This document shows, piece after piece, positions 44,704 to 53,438 of a stretch of 64,000 bases of DNA (the stretch's first letter is position 1; each line of letters begins with the position of its first letter). The stretch is from a virus, in the IMG/VR virus record IMGVR_UViG_3300033148_003055, positions 1 to 64,000 of that record; one strand, 5' to 3'. The notes beneath the pieces are model-generated. The model did no database searches. It was not told where the DNA came from and worked only from the letters and a program-made list of their open reading frames with translations. Made by a program: the position numbers and the translations under genes.

Positions 44704-45245
44704 TCCCAGCCTCCTTCCATCCACGTCGTCACGCAACGACGGGTCTCCTGCTGAAGCCAGTCGATCGTGTTGACGTTTGACAGCTTCACGTCACACAGCT
44801 CCAACGTCTCGCCTATCGCCGTCTCGGTTGGGTCGTCGGCGAGGTCGCCTTCGAGCCCACCGCGATCGATGATGCCGATGAGGATGCCGCCCTTCGCCTT
44901 GACCCAGTGCGCCTCGACGGGGAATCGGATGTTCGGGATGTAGTACCCATCGGGGGGCGCAAGGATACCGTCGATCTCCAACTGGAGCATGCGGCCCCAC
45001 ATCTTGTCAAGCCAGAACGTCGGGCGCTTCGCTCTCCCGAGGTTGCCCGCCTCCTGAAAGCGTGCACGGGTCTCGGGGTCCGCGGTCCGCAGCTCATACG
45101 GCGCCTGCCCGAGCAGCATCCCAACGAGCACAGCGATCTCGTCCGCGACCCCGGCCCGGTAGAAGTTCCGGTCGAGCAGCGCCTTCCCCGCGGTGTCCTT
45201 CCCCGAGCGGGCCTTCCCCACGAATCCAATGATCGGCTTGTCCAT
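44700..45245 (-). CDS. Deoxynucleoside monophosphate kinase
   Basis: IIGFVGKARSGKDT, R..FQ..G, IRFPVE. Confidence 0.88.
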   Translation of the reverse strand: MDKPIIGFVGKARSGKDTAGKALLDRNFYRAGVADEIAVLVGMLLGQAPYELRTADPETRARFQEAGNLGRAKRPTFWLDKMWGRMLQLEIDGILAPPDGYYIPNIRFPVEAHWVKAKGGILIGIIDRGGLEGDLADDPTETAIGETLELCDVKLSNVNTIDWLQQETRRCVTTWMEGGWE

Positions 45246-45247
45246 GA

Positions 45248-45634
45248 CTACTCCTTCGTCTCGCGTAGATACGCGAAAGCACGGTCCAGAGCCGACTCGA
45301 TCTCTCCGATGTACCACGTCACGTCCTCGGACGGATACCCGAACATCGCCCCGCGGAAGGCCGCGTCCTCAGACTTCATGCAGGTCACGAAGGACTTCAC
45401 CATCCGCCGCCGGAGGCTGGCCGGGGTGTCCGGTGTGCAGGCGAGAACCTGCCAGTGGGGAAGGACGTCGAGGACTTCGAGCTCTTGCTCCCTGAAATAC
45501 GCAACGATCCCCTCGCGAGTCTCATCGTAGCCGATGCTGGTCCAGACGAACTTCCGAGCGTGCTCGGGGTCGACCGCCTCCGCGACCTCGCTCTGATAGT
45601 CGTCGTCGATGGTCCGCAGCTTATCGTTCATCAC
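45248..45634 (-). CDS. Hypothetical protein
   Basis: 128 aa with GAGGAAGG RBS. Confidence 0.55.
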   Translation of the reverse strand: MMNDKLRTIDDDYQSEVAEAVDPEHARKFVWTSIGYDETREGIVAYFREQELEVLDVLPHWQVLACTPDTPASLRRRMVKSFVTCMKSEDAAFRGAMFGYPSEDVTWYIGEIESALDRAFAYLRETKE

Positions 45635-46689
45635 ACCTTCCTCCTCTTGATTTTCTTACGCGGGCGATCAAGGGTTTCATGAATTGCTGACGCGACGGTC
45701 CGTATCATGAACGGCGGGACGGCGTTGCCCAGTTGTTTACCGGTACTCAATAAGCTGGAATCCGCCCACCCAAACTGATCCGGAAACCCCATCAACCGTG
45801 TTGCTTCCCGGAAATTGATGTATCTCGGATGTTCCCAGTGGAAAATTCCTGTGGTTCTTGCCCCACCTTTTCCGGGCAACCGCTGAATAGTCGGGGAAGG
45901 TTTCATTGGGTCCAGTTTTCGACATGAAAACCAATGGCCGTCCGGATGCACGGAGTCAAAACCTTTCCCGAGTTTGCATCGAATCCAAGTAGACATTATG
46001 GCATTACTGGTAATTCCTTTCCTTGTGTCTTCCGGCAACCCAGTGAAAGCTTCGGCTGCCGTAACGACCTTCCCGAACGGCCGTGGGAATTCGAAATCCA
46101 ACCGCAGACCTTTCCTCGTCCCCACGAAAATCAACCTCTGACGCGTTTGCGGAACCCCATAATTTGCGGCGTTCATGATCCTGCACCGGACGTGGTAACC
46201 GCACCGTTTCAATTCGGTCATGATGGCGGCGAACACGATCCGCATTCTGCCTTTCACCATCCCGACGACGTTCTCCATCACGAACGTCTGCGGTTTCACC
46301 CCGATCAACAGTCTACAAAATTCTTTGAACAACGTGTTGCGTTCGTCCCCGATCTTACGTTTCCCCGACGTGCTGAACCCCTGACATGGTGGGGAACCGT
46401 CGAGCACGGTCAGCTCACCCTTTGCCAAACCAATCCGCCGCAGTAACTTCTTCGCATCGATGTTGGTGATGTCGTCCTCGCACACGACCATGTCGTCGAA
46501 ATTCAACCGGAGGGTGTCACACGCGTCGGCATCCCATTCCACCGCCGCCAATTCACGGAACCCGGCCATTCGATACCCCAACCCGGAACCGCCGCAACCT
46601 GCGAATGTTGAGACCACGGTCGGTGCGTTTTTCCCTCGGGGTCGTATCGACGCTGACCATGCCTCATTCAGTTCTTCCGTGTACTTCAT
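45631..46689 (-). CDS. DNA (cytosine-5) methyltransferase
   Basis: FAGCGG, GSPPCQGFS, ENV, QTRQR, GFPD, GNAVPP. Confidence 0.96.
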   Translation of the reverse strand: MKYTEELNEAWSASIRPRGKNAPTVVSTFAGCGGSGLGYRMAGFRELAAVEWDADACDTLRLNFDDMVVCEDDITNIDAKKLLRRIGLAKGELTVLDGSPPCQGFSTSGKRKIGDERNTLFKEFCRLLIGVKPQTFVMENVVGMVKGRMRIVFAAIMTELKRCGYHVRCRIMNAANYGVPQTRQRLIFVGTRKGLRLDFEFPRPFGKVVTAAEAFTGLPEDTRKGITSNAIMSTWIRCKLGKGFDSVHPDGHWFSCRKLDPMKPSPTIQRLPGKGGARTTGIFHWEHPRYINFREATRLMGFPDQFGWADSSLLSTGKQLGNAVPPFMIRTVASAIHETLDRPRKKIKRRKV

Positions 46690-47288
46690 CACTTCCCCCA
46701 CTTCGGGATGAAGTGATTCCCACACTCCGGGCACTTCACTTCCGCCATGGATTCGTCAACGTCTTTTTCGTCGTACACCTTTTTGGGTCGGACGAACCCG
46801 TCTATTTCCAGTTGACTGAACCCTGTCACTTTCTCGAGCTCGGCCACCTCAATCTTGCGGCGGGACTTGAACATCTTCGCCAGCTTGGCGTGATCCCAGT
46901 CCGCGAACTCGCCCGCCTTGTTGTCGGACAGGGCGAACTCCTCGGCGGCCTTCCGAGTGTCGAAGGTCCTCCAGTGGACCCACACCGTCTCGGCCTGCTC
47001 CCACCCCTCCTTGCGGAGCTGGAGCAGGGCCTTGTATCGCGTGTTGCCGGCCCAGATCGTTCCGTCGGGTGTGGCGACGATCGTCCCGGCGAAGCCGTGT
47101 TCCTTGATGAGCTTGGCCACCTTCGGGACGGCGTCCTCGTTGAACCGCGGGTTGTCCGCCCACGGCGTCAGGTCGTCGAGCGACACCTCCTGATACTGGG
47201 CCTTTAACCGTGCCCGCTGGAGCTTGGTGTGCCCCCAGGGGGACGGCTCCGCCTTGATCGGGCGGCGTTTCACCGTTCGCTTCGCCAT
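46689..47288 (-). CDS. ParB/Srx-like domain protein
   Basis: LTPWADNPRFN, AGNTRYKA, SDNK, C-terminal CPEC. Confidence 0.88.
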   Translation of the reverse strand: MAKRTVKRRPIKAEPSPWGHTKLQRARLKAQYQEVSLDDLTPWADNPRFNEDAVPKVAKLIKEHGFAGTIVATPDGTIWAGNTRYKALLQLRKEGWEQAETVWVHWRTFDTRKAAEEFALSDNKAGEFADWDHAKLAKMFKSRRKIEVAELEKVTGFSQLEIDGFVRPKKVYDEKDVDESMAEVKCPECGNHFIPKWGK

Positions 47289-49543
47289 TACTTACTCCTC
47301 GCATTTTGGATACGATCGTTCGCTATATCACACGACTCTTGATCCTTCTCGAACCCCAAGAATGGTCTGTCTTCCAACACGCACGCCACCCCTGTCGACC
47401 CCGACCCTGCGAATGGGTCGAGCACGAGCCCACCGGTCGGCGAACTCAGGAGGGTGAGCAGGTACCGCATCAGCTTCAACGGTTTTACCGTAGGATGGCC
47501 ATTCTTAGTGCCAGCAGGCAGACCCGCGTTGCGTTCCGCCTTGCTGGCCTTGGCGCAGTAGAAGAATCGCGACGCGCCTCCCGTATCACCATAGCAAGAG
47601 TCACTATCATAGCGACCGCCTCCGAAAGCAGCATTACTGCTATGCGTCGGTACTTGCGGATGACTGCCGGGGCATTCACCGCTCTGCTCATCGAGCATCG
47701 CTCCGGCTTCCTCATCCAGAATCAGATTCGCGGGCCAGCGGCCAGCTTGGCACCTCGTGCTAATCGACGGTTTGGGAGTGCTGCCCTGGCTCCCCCAATT
47801 ACAACCATTAGATTGCCCGCGATCTTCCCTGAAATTACCGCCATCACCATCGGCAATCTTTATCCTCCCCCCATCCACGTTCAGCCCTGCCACGCCATGC
47901 TCTTGCGCATTCGCAGCGTATGTCCCATCGAGCGGCTTCATGGCAAGGATGATCGGCTCCCAGGCTGGCTTCAGCGCCGTCCCCCAGCCATCCCACAACT
48001 TGGCGGCGTCGGTGGCGGGGGCTGTGACAACAGCTTCGTGACTCGGACCTAACCTCTTATTGTTTGGGTCTGTCGTAGCACCAACTGGGAGATTGCCCTT
48101 TCTGCCCCGATCTGCATACTTGCCCTGACCTACCACTGCCCGCTCTGCCCCAGCCGCCTTGTCTATCGCCTTGCTGATATCATGTGACTTCGGGAAACCC
48201 GAATTGCCGGTGACAAACACTTTACCGTTACGGCGAGCGACGAATGCCCCCGTTGGAACTTTCACACACCAGACCTTTCCGACGTAATGAAAGGGACTGA
48301 TCCTCGCCAGATCGGTTCTGGTGTGCCGTGTGCCTCGAACAGTTTGTGGTCCCGGTTGCTTCTGAACAGTGCTAGGTTGCAAAGCCGGTTGTCCTGTGGC
48401 TTGTGATTCATGTGATGGACCGTCTCGACCCGTTGTAGACATCGCCCTAATGCTTGCGCTACAAGAAGTCTGTGCTCCATCACGTAACCGTCCTTGCGGG
48501 CCATCGCCCGGAATTCCTGCGGGCATCTGACATACTTGATCGCCGGATAATTCCCGTGCTTCCTGAAGTACGTCACCCCGCCCTTCCATGCAGGATTGTT
48601 TGGCCCCATCATCTTTTTCCTGTAAGACTCCATTGATGTTTCCGTCCACCCGGCACGTCCTTTGTGTCCGTGCTTGCCCCATTCTTCCCCGCGCAACTTC
48701 CCGTTGCACTTTCGGGAGCAAGTCGGTTTTGCTGCTCGCACAAGGTGGCTCGGCGCACGGTGAAACCGCTTTCCGCACACAGCGCAAGTCGCGTTCAGCT
48801 TCGCCGTTCGTCTCTCTGGCCGCGGACCCATTATCGCTTTTGCCGCACACGCTTTCCCGCATGTCTTGTTCCGTGCCGCCTGCTCCCTCGTGCGACAAGG
48901 GAAAGGCTTGGAGCAGACCTTGCACATCTTCCAGAACGGGTACACGCACTTGGCGTTTGCGTGCGGCTTCTTCAGCAAGCTGGAATACGAAAGCTCCGCC
49001 TTGTTCAACAAGGCAGCGATGATTTCTGGAGACGATCTGGTCTGTAGAATCCGATTGAATTCTGAACGCGGTATCGTCGTAGTCGTAAACATACAGGGCC
49101 TCAATTTCTTGCCATGAGTACTCATCTCTGACATTATTATAGCATAATGCGAGACGCCCTGTCAAGGCTTTATTGTAAGGCTCCCACCGCCCGTCTACAA
49201 GAATCTCTGTGTCCTCACTCAGACATCCGTACAACCACATCAGACAATCGCGTATCTCCCAGCCCGCGTCCTCGATAGCGCACATCAGCCGGTGATGGGT
49301 TCGCGTGCCGCCGAAGGCCAGCATCATGGCTCCGGGCTTGCAAACACGCAGGGCAGCTTCCCAGAACTCGACACCGGGTACGCCCTTATCCCAGCCCTTG
49401 CCCATGAACTCCAGACCGTATGGCGGATCGGTGACGATGAAGTCGACTGACTCGGCCTCCATCTCGGCCATGCCTTCACGACAGTCCATGCACTGAACCG
49501 GAAGCGGACGTCGTTTGATAATTCGACGACGCTTGACCATCAC
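47288..49543 (-). CDS. DNA amino-methyltransferase (N6A/N4C) interrupted by an intein
   Basis: TDPPY, WLYG|SGFPKS split by insert, HPTVKP, VLDPFAGSGST. Confidence 0.93.
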   Translation of the reverse strand: MMVKRRRIIKRRPLPVQCMDCREGMAEMEAESVDFIVTDPPYGLEFMGKGWDKGVPGVEFWEAALRVCKPGAMMLAFGGTRTHHRLMCAIEDAGWEIRDCLMWLYGCLSEDTEILVDGRWEPYNKALTGRLALCYNNVRDEYSWQEIEALYVYDYDDTAFRIQSDSTDQIVSRNHRCLVEQGGAFVFQLAEEAARKRQVRVPVLEDVQGLLQAFPLSHEGAGGTEQDMRESVCGKSDNGSAARETNGEAERDLRCVRKAVSPCAEPPCASSKTDLLPKVQREVARGRMGQARTQRTCRVDGNINGVLQEKDDGAKQSCMEGRGDVLQEARELSGDQVCQMPAGIPGDGPQGRLRDGAQTSCSASIRAMSTTGRDGPSHESQATGQPALQPSTVQKQPGPQTVRGTRHTRTDLARISPFHYVGKVWCVKVPTGAFVARRNGKVFVTGNSGFPKSHDISKAIDKAAGAERAVVGQGKYADRGRKGNLPVGATTDPNNKRLGPSHEAVVTAPATDAAKLWDGWGTALKPAWEPIILAMKPLDGTYAANAQEHGVAGLNVDGGRIKIADGDGGNFREDRGQSNGCNWGSQGSTPKPSISTRCQAGRWPANLILDEEAGAMLDEQSGECPGSHPQVPTHSSNAAFGGGRYDSDSCYGDTGGASRFFYCAKASKAERNAGLPAGTKNGHPTVKPLKLMRYLLTLLSSPTGGLVLDPFAGSGSTGVACVLEDRPFLGFEKDQESCDIANDRIQNARSK
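48262..49134 (-). CDS. HNH homing endonuclease with zinc fingers, nested out of frame within the intein
   Basis: CKVC/CGKAC/CAVC/CSRKC, NPAWKGG, GYVMEHRLLVAQALGR...VHHMNHKPQDNRLCNL; real start may be 49125. Confidence 0.88.
   Translation of the reverse strand: MSEMSTHGKKLRPCMFTTTTIPRSEFNRILQTRSSPEIIAALLNKAELSYSSLLKKPHANAKCVYPFWKMCKVCSKPFPCRTREQAARNKTCGKACAAKAIMGPRPERRTAKLNATCAVCGKRFHRAPSHLVRAAKPTCSRKCNGKLRGEEWGKHGHKGRAGWTETSMESYRKKMMGPNNPAWKGGVTYFRKHGNYPAIKYVRCPQEFRAMARKDGYVMEHRLLVAQALGRCLQRVETVHHMNHKPQDNRLCNLALFRSNRDHKLFEAHGTPEPIWRGSVPFITSERSGV
49136..49165 (-). promoter_or_regulatory. Consensus sigma70 promoter inside the intein coding sequence
   Basis: TTGACA-N18-TATAAT with TGn extended -10, directly upstream of the nested HNH ORF. 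Confidence 0.8.
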
Positions 49544-51633
49544 TCACTCCTCTTCTTGGAAGGCCTCTTACGTTTCACACTCGCCTTCGACTTGAGCCAG
49601 TTCTCGTCCTGGGAATACAGTCCCAACGGACGCATCATCCGAAGCAAAGTCCTGCTCAGGCGCCACCGCTCCCCGCCGTACCCGCGTGTCTTCTCCGGGT
49701 CCTTCTGGAGCGTCCGTAGGAGCTCGAGGTCCTGAAGCAGGGAGAGCACAGTGGGCCGTGGCAGGTTGCAGGCCTTCGCGATCTCCGACGTCTCCATGTA
49801 ATCGTCCCGGGCGTTGAGGTAGACCTGCTTGACGACCTCCTCGACCTTGTCCGGGATCGTACTGCGGGCGACGTCGACCACGACCCGGTAGGCGGTGTCG
49901 TTCACTGTCTTGGAGCCGTGGAACATCGCCACGCCCATCCCGAGACGGGCGAACTGCTTCGCCAGGCGGGTCGCCTTCTCCTGGGTCGGCTTGAACTCGA
50001 CCTCCCTGGTGTACCGCTCCCGGCGGACGATCCCCCGGAGCACTGCCACCCACTGGGCGAGCTGGAGAATCTTCAGCCGGACGTCCCGGGTCATCGTCGG
50101 GGGCTCTGTCGTCGAGACCGCCACGTTGAGCGCCTCCCGTGCGGTGTCCCGGAGGTCCTCCCGCATCTTGGTCTCCTTGCCGATGTTGGCAAGGGCTCGG
50201 TCGATCAACTCCCGGTCCGCCTTCAGGTGCCCGGACTGGGGGATGCGATACTTGAGGAACCGCTCGCCGAGCATCGAGCTCGACGCGCCGAACGATTCGA
50301 TCACGGGGGTGACCCCGCCGATGATCCCGAAGGTGGACTTGTAGAATCGCTCGAGGCCGTTCCCGTATATCTTCTTCGTCTCCCCATCGTAGGCGTCCCG
50401 CAGGATGCCGAAGATTTCGTCCCGCTGGATCGTGGGCAAGGCGAGGATCGTGGTGAAGTCCTTGATCGTGAGGACCTTGCCGTCCAGCTTCGGGATCAGG
50501 CTCGGGTCCTCGTTCCCCTGGTTGGGCATCCCTGAGATCAGGGCGTGCGGTGTGAGCGAGGTTGTGCTCACGATGAGCGGGGCGTCATTCAGGCTCATGA
50601 TGAGCTCGGACTTCATCCCGCCAGGCGGGGCCACGAGGAAGAGCCAGATCGGGTCGCCGTCCAGCCGGTTCGCCAGGACCGCCCCGAACATGACGGACAG
50701 CACCTCGGCGTTCGGCATGTACAGCCACTTCCGGTACCGCTCAACGACCTCGGCCACCGAGAGGCCGTCGCCGTCGAAGGAGGGGGAGTCCTCCCCTAAC
50801 TCCCCCTCCCCGCCGTCCACCCCATGAATGGTCCCCGGGGCGAGCGGCTGCATCAGCTTCTTCAGGACTACGATCGTCTTCTTGCCGCGCTTCCCGTAGA
50901 GGTCCCGCACGTCATAGCCGTCGGGGAACCGCTCGGGCCAGTGAACGAACTTGAGGTCCTTGGCGATCCCCTTCAGCATGTTCTGGATGCGGACGCTGCC
51001 GCGCTCGCCGCCGTCATCGTGGTCGAGGCAGCAGAACACCCGCTTCTTCTGGAAGTAGGGGAGGGCGTGCTTCGGGAATGTGTTCGCCCCCGGGACGACG
51101 ACGACCGACCCGTGGGCTCCGTTCTCCTGGAGGCATTCCCAGAGCGCCATGCCGTCCCATTCTCCTTCTGCGATGAAAACGACGTCGGTGTCCGGGTCGT
51201 CGATGCCAATCAGTGATACGTTCCCACCGGTAGACCCGAGCATCTTCCGGCCGATCCGGTACCGGCGGAGGTCGTACGTCTTCCCGCAGAAGTCGACGGG
51301 GATCGTGTAAGACTCACCGTCCCACCCGACCCGCCAGGCCCGCAGCGTCTTGACCTTGAGCCCACGGCTCTTCGCCAACTTCTTCGCGATGGTCCCCTGG
51401 AGGTTCTCGGCGTTGATGATGGCGCGCTTCTCGAAGAAGGTCTTGACGTTTCCTGACTCGCCACACTTCTTGCAGTCCCACTGACCGGTCTTCGTGTTCA
51501 GGTAGAATTTGTCGGCCTTCCCGCAGAACGGGCAGTCGCCCCTCGCGTGTCCGGACCCCGCCGGTTCGAGGTAGACGTTGTGCTGCCGGAAGGTGTCGAT
51601 CGGCCCCTTGGCCTTACTTTTGCTCGACGCCAT
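49540..51633 (-). CDS. Primase-helicase (Zn finger + TOPRIM + AAA+ ATPase + wHTH)
   Basis: CPFC..CKKC, IAEGEWDG, LDHDDGG, GYDVRD, APPGGMKS, LRDAYDG, ERF. Confidence 0.9.
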   Translation of the reverse strand: MASSKSKAKGPIDTFRQHNVYLEPAGSGHARGDCPFCGKADKFYLNTKTGQWDCKKCGESGNVKTFFEKRAIINAENLQGTIAKKLAKSRGLKVKTLRAWRVGWDGESYTIPVDFCGKTYDLRRYRIGRKMLGSTGGNVSLIGIDDPDTDVVFIAEGEWDGMALWECLQENGAHGSVVVVPGANTFPKHALPYFQKKRVFCCLDHDDGGERGSVRIQNMLKGIAKDLKFVHWPERFPDGYDVRDLYGKRGKKTIVVLKKLMQPLAPGTIHGVDGGEGELGEDSPSFDGDGLSVAEVVERYRKWLYMPNAEVLSVMFGAVLANRLDGDPIWLFLVAPPGGMKSELIMSLNDAPLIVSTTSLTPHALISGMPNQGNEDPSLIPKLDGKVLTIKDFTTILALPTIQRDEIFGILRDAYDGETKKIYGNGLERFYKSTFGIIGGVTPVIESFGASSSMLGERFLKYRIPQSGHLKADRELIDRALANIGKETKMREDLRDTAREALNVAVSTTEPPTMTRDVRLKILQLAQWVAVLRGIVRRERYTREVEFKPTQEKATRLAKQFARLGMGVAMFHGSKTVNDTAYRVVVDVARSTIPDKVEEVVKQVYLNARDDYMETSEIAKACNLPRPTVLSLLQDLELLRTLQKDPEKTRGYGGERWRLSRTLLRMMRPLGLYSQDENWLKSKASVKRKRPSKKRSE

Positions 51634-52658
51634 TATATTCCTTTCCTTATCCGCTCCCGTGCCAGTGCGCAGTAATCAGCATTCAATTCTATCCCGATGA
51701 ATCTCCTGCCTTCCACCAGAGCCACAGAACCCGTAGTTCCAGAGCCCATGAATGGATCGAGAACGATTCCACCTTCTGGGCATCCTGCTAGAATGCACGG
51801 CTCGACCAGCTTCGGAGGGAACGTAGCGAAGTGTGCACCCGTATACGATCGCGTCGCAATCGCCCATACGTCACGACGATTGCGTTTGAGTGCGACCTCT
51901 TTGTCCGTTCGCTTCCGGTTCCCTGCTTGATCCGTCTGCCCCGGTGATGAGTTTCCACAACCCGTGGTGTCGTGATGATTCCTGCCTACGGTCGGTTCCT
52001 TCACTGCTTCATGATCATAGTAGTACCGCTTGCTCTTGGCCATCAGGAATAGGTACTCATGAGCCTTGGTGGGGCGGTCTGTAACCGACTCCGGCATGGG
52101 GTTCGGCTTGTGCCAGATGATATCCGACCTCAACCACCAGCCGTCGGCCTGGAGGGCGAAGGCGACACGCCAAGGCATCCCGACGAGGTCCTTGGGCTTC
52201 AAACCTTTCTGCGGCATTCGGTTAGGCTGGGTCCTCGGTCCCATCGCCTTGAGCGACGGACCATGCTTCCCAGAATTCTCCGCAGTGTGCGTACCGCGGT
52301 TTCCCTTCCACTTAGCTCCTTGCCTTCCACCCCCCGGGTGATCGCCGACCTTGCCGGCTCCGGTAGCATAGCAGTCGCCGTAATTGAGCCAGAGCGTCCC
52401 GTCCTTCCGAAGCACCCGACGGACCTCGGTGAAGACCTCCACCATCCTCTTGATATGTTCTTCATACGTAACCTCGATGCCGAGTTGCCCCTCCACGCCA
52501 TAGTCCCGAAGTCCCCAATAGGGTGGGCTTGTCACCACGCAATGGACCGAATCGTCATCGATCTGCCCGAGGCCGGTTAGAACATCGGCGTTGATGATCC
52601 TACATTCCTCAGGATCAATAATTCGTCGCCGTTCAATCTTACGACGTTTCGCGGCCAC
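51633..52658 (-). CDS. DNA N4-cytosine/N6-adenine methyltransferase
   Basis: [39 protein letters not shown]. Confidence 0.95.
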   Translation of the reverse strand: MAAKRRKIERRRIIDPEECRIINADVLTGLGQIDDDSVHCVVTSPPYWGLRDYGVEGQLGIEVTYEEHIKRMVEVFTEVRRVLRKDGTLWLNYGDCYATGAGKVGDHPGGGRQGAKWKGNRGTHTAENSGKHGPSLKAMGPRTQPNRMPQKGLKPKDLVGMPWRVAFALQADGWWLRSDIIWHKPNPMPESVTDRPTKAHEYLFLMAKSKRYYYDHEAVKEPTVGRNHHDTTGCGNSSPGQTDQAGNRKRTDKEVALKRNRRDVWAIATRSYTGAHFATFPPKLVEPCILAGCPEGGIVLDPFMGSGTTGSVALVEGRRFIGIELNADYCALARERIRKGI

Positions 52659-52796
52659 GTCGGCCCCCCTTCCCGGCGACCATCGCCGCGAGCACCCGCT
52701 CGAGTTCCTGCTTGTCGAGGTACGTGTAACTCGGCCGCCTCCGTTCCGGAATCCCTGCTTCCTTGCAGATCGCCTTGATGAGGTCAAGTCTGTAAA

Positions 52797-53438
52797 TCAT
52801 TTGCGTGCCTCCTTAACCGCAGGCAGCATTGTCTCGAACACTGCCTGTGCAAATCCACGAGGGGTGATAGACCCTAGCTCTGGTCTGTCTTTCCCAGACA
52901 AATAGTGAATGAAGTTCGGGTCCGTGATCTCTGTTTCCTTCTGAGGGGGTTGCTGGAAACCTGCCCCGCACCATATACAAGTCCTCTTCGGGTACCCATC
53001 CACCGGTGGGTCGAAGTATCCCCCGTACTCCCAAGGATGGAAGGTCCAGTCGGGCTTCCTCCATGCTCGCGTCAAGCGCCCTACGGGGTTCTCCAACATC
53101 CACGGGGCTCCGGCGGCTGTAAGCAAGTCACGGCAGCGGAAGGCGAGATGGGTCGCCTCGTGGTAGACTGGGGCGCCCTTACCTTCCCACCACCTAGCCC
53201 CGGACCCGGCTAAGTCGGTACACGGCGGGAACGCGAATCCGATCGCGACGCGTGACAACGGGAACGGGGGCGCCCAAGTTAGAACATTGGCTGCCACCCG
53301 CATTATACCGTCGGCCCCAAAACCTCGGCTGGTCAGGGCCGAGTCAACTATCCAGCAGTCGAAGCCTTCCTCAACCCACGGCCTTACCATGATCCCGGAT
53401 TTATCACAGAGACTCAGTACGATCCGGCGCCCTTTCAC
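52797..53438 (-). CDS. Dcm-like minimal C5 methyltransferase
   Basis: LSLCDKSG, FPPCTDLAGSGARWW, ENPVG, KRTCIW, TPRGFA. Confidence 0.8.
   Translation of the reverse strand: MKGRRIVLSLCDKSGIMVRPWVEEGFDCWIVDSALTSRGFGADGIMRVAANVLTWAPPFPLSRVAIGFAFPPCTDLAGSGARWWEGKGAPVYHEATHLAFRCRDLLTAAGAPWMLENPVGRLTRAWRKPDWTFHPWEYGGYFDPPVDGYPKRTCIWCGAGFQQPPQKETEITDPNFIHYLSGKDRPELGSITPRGFAQAVFETMLPAVKEARK

Larger units (their letters stand above)
48203..49225 (-). mobile_element. Intein (341 aa) without in-frame endonuclease
   Basis: Starts CLSEDTEIL, block B VSRNHRCLV, ends VWCVKVPTGAFVARRNGKVFVTGN followed by Ser+1. Confidence 0.9.
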
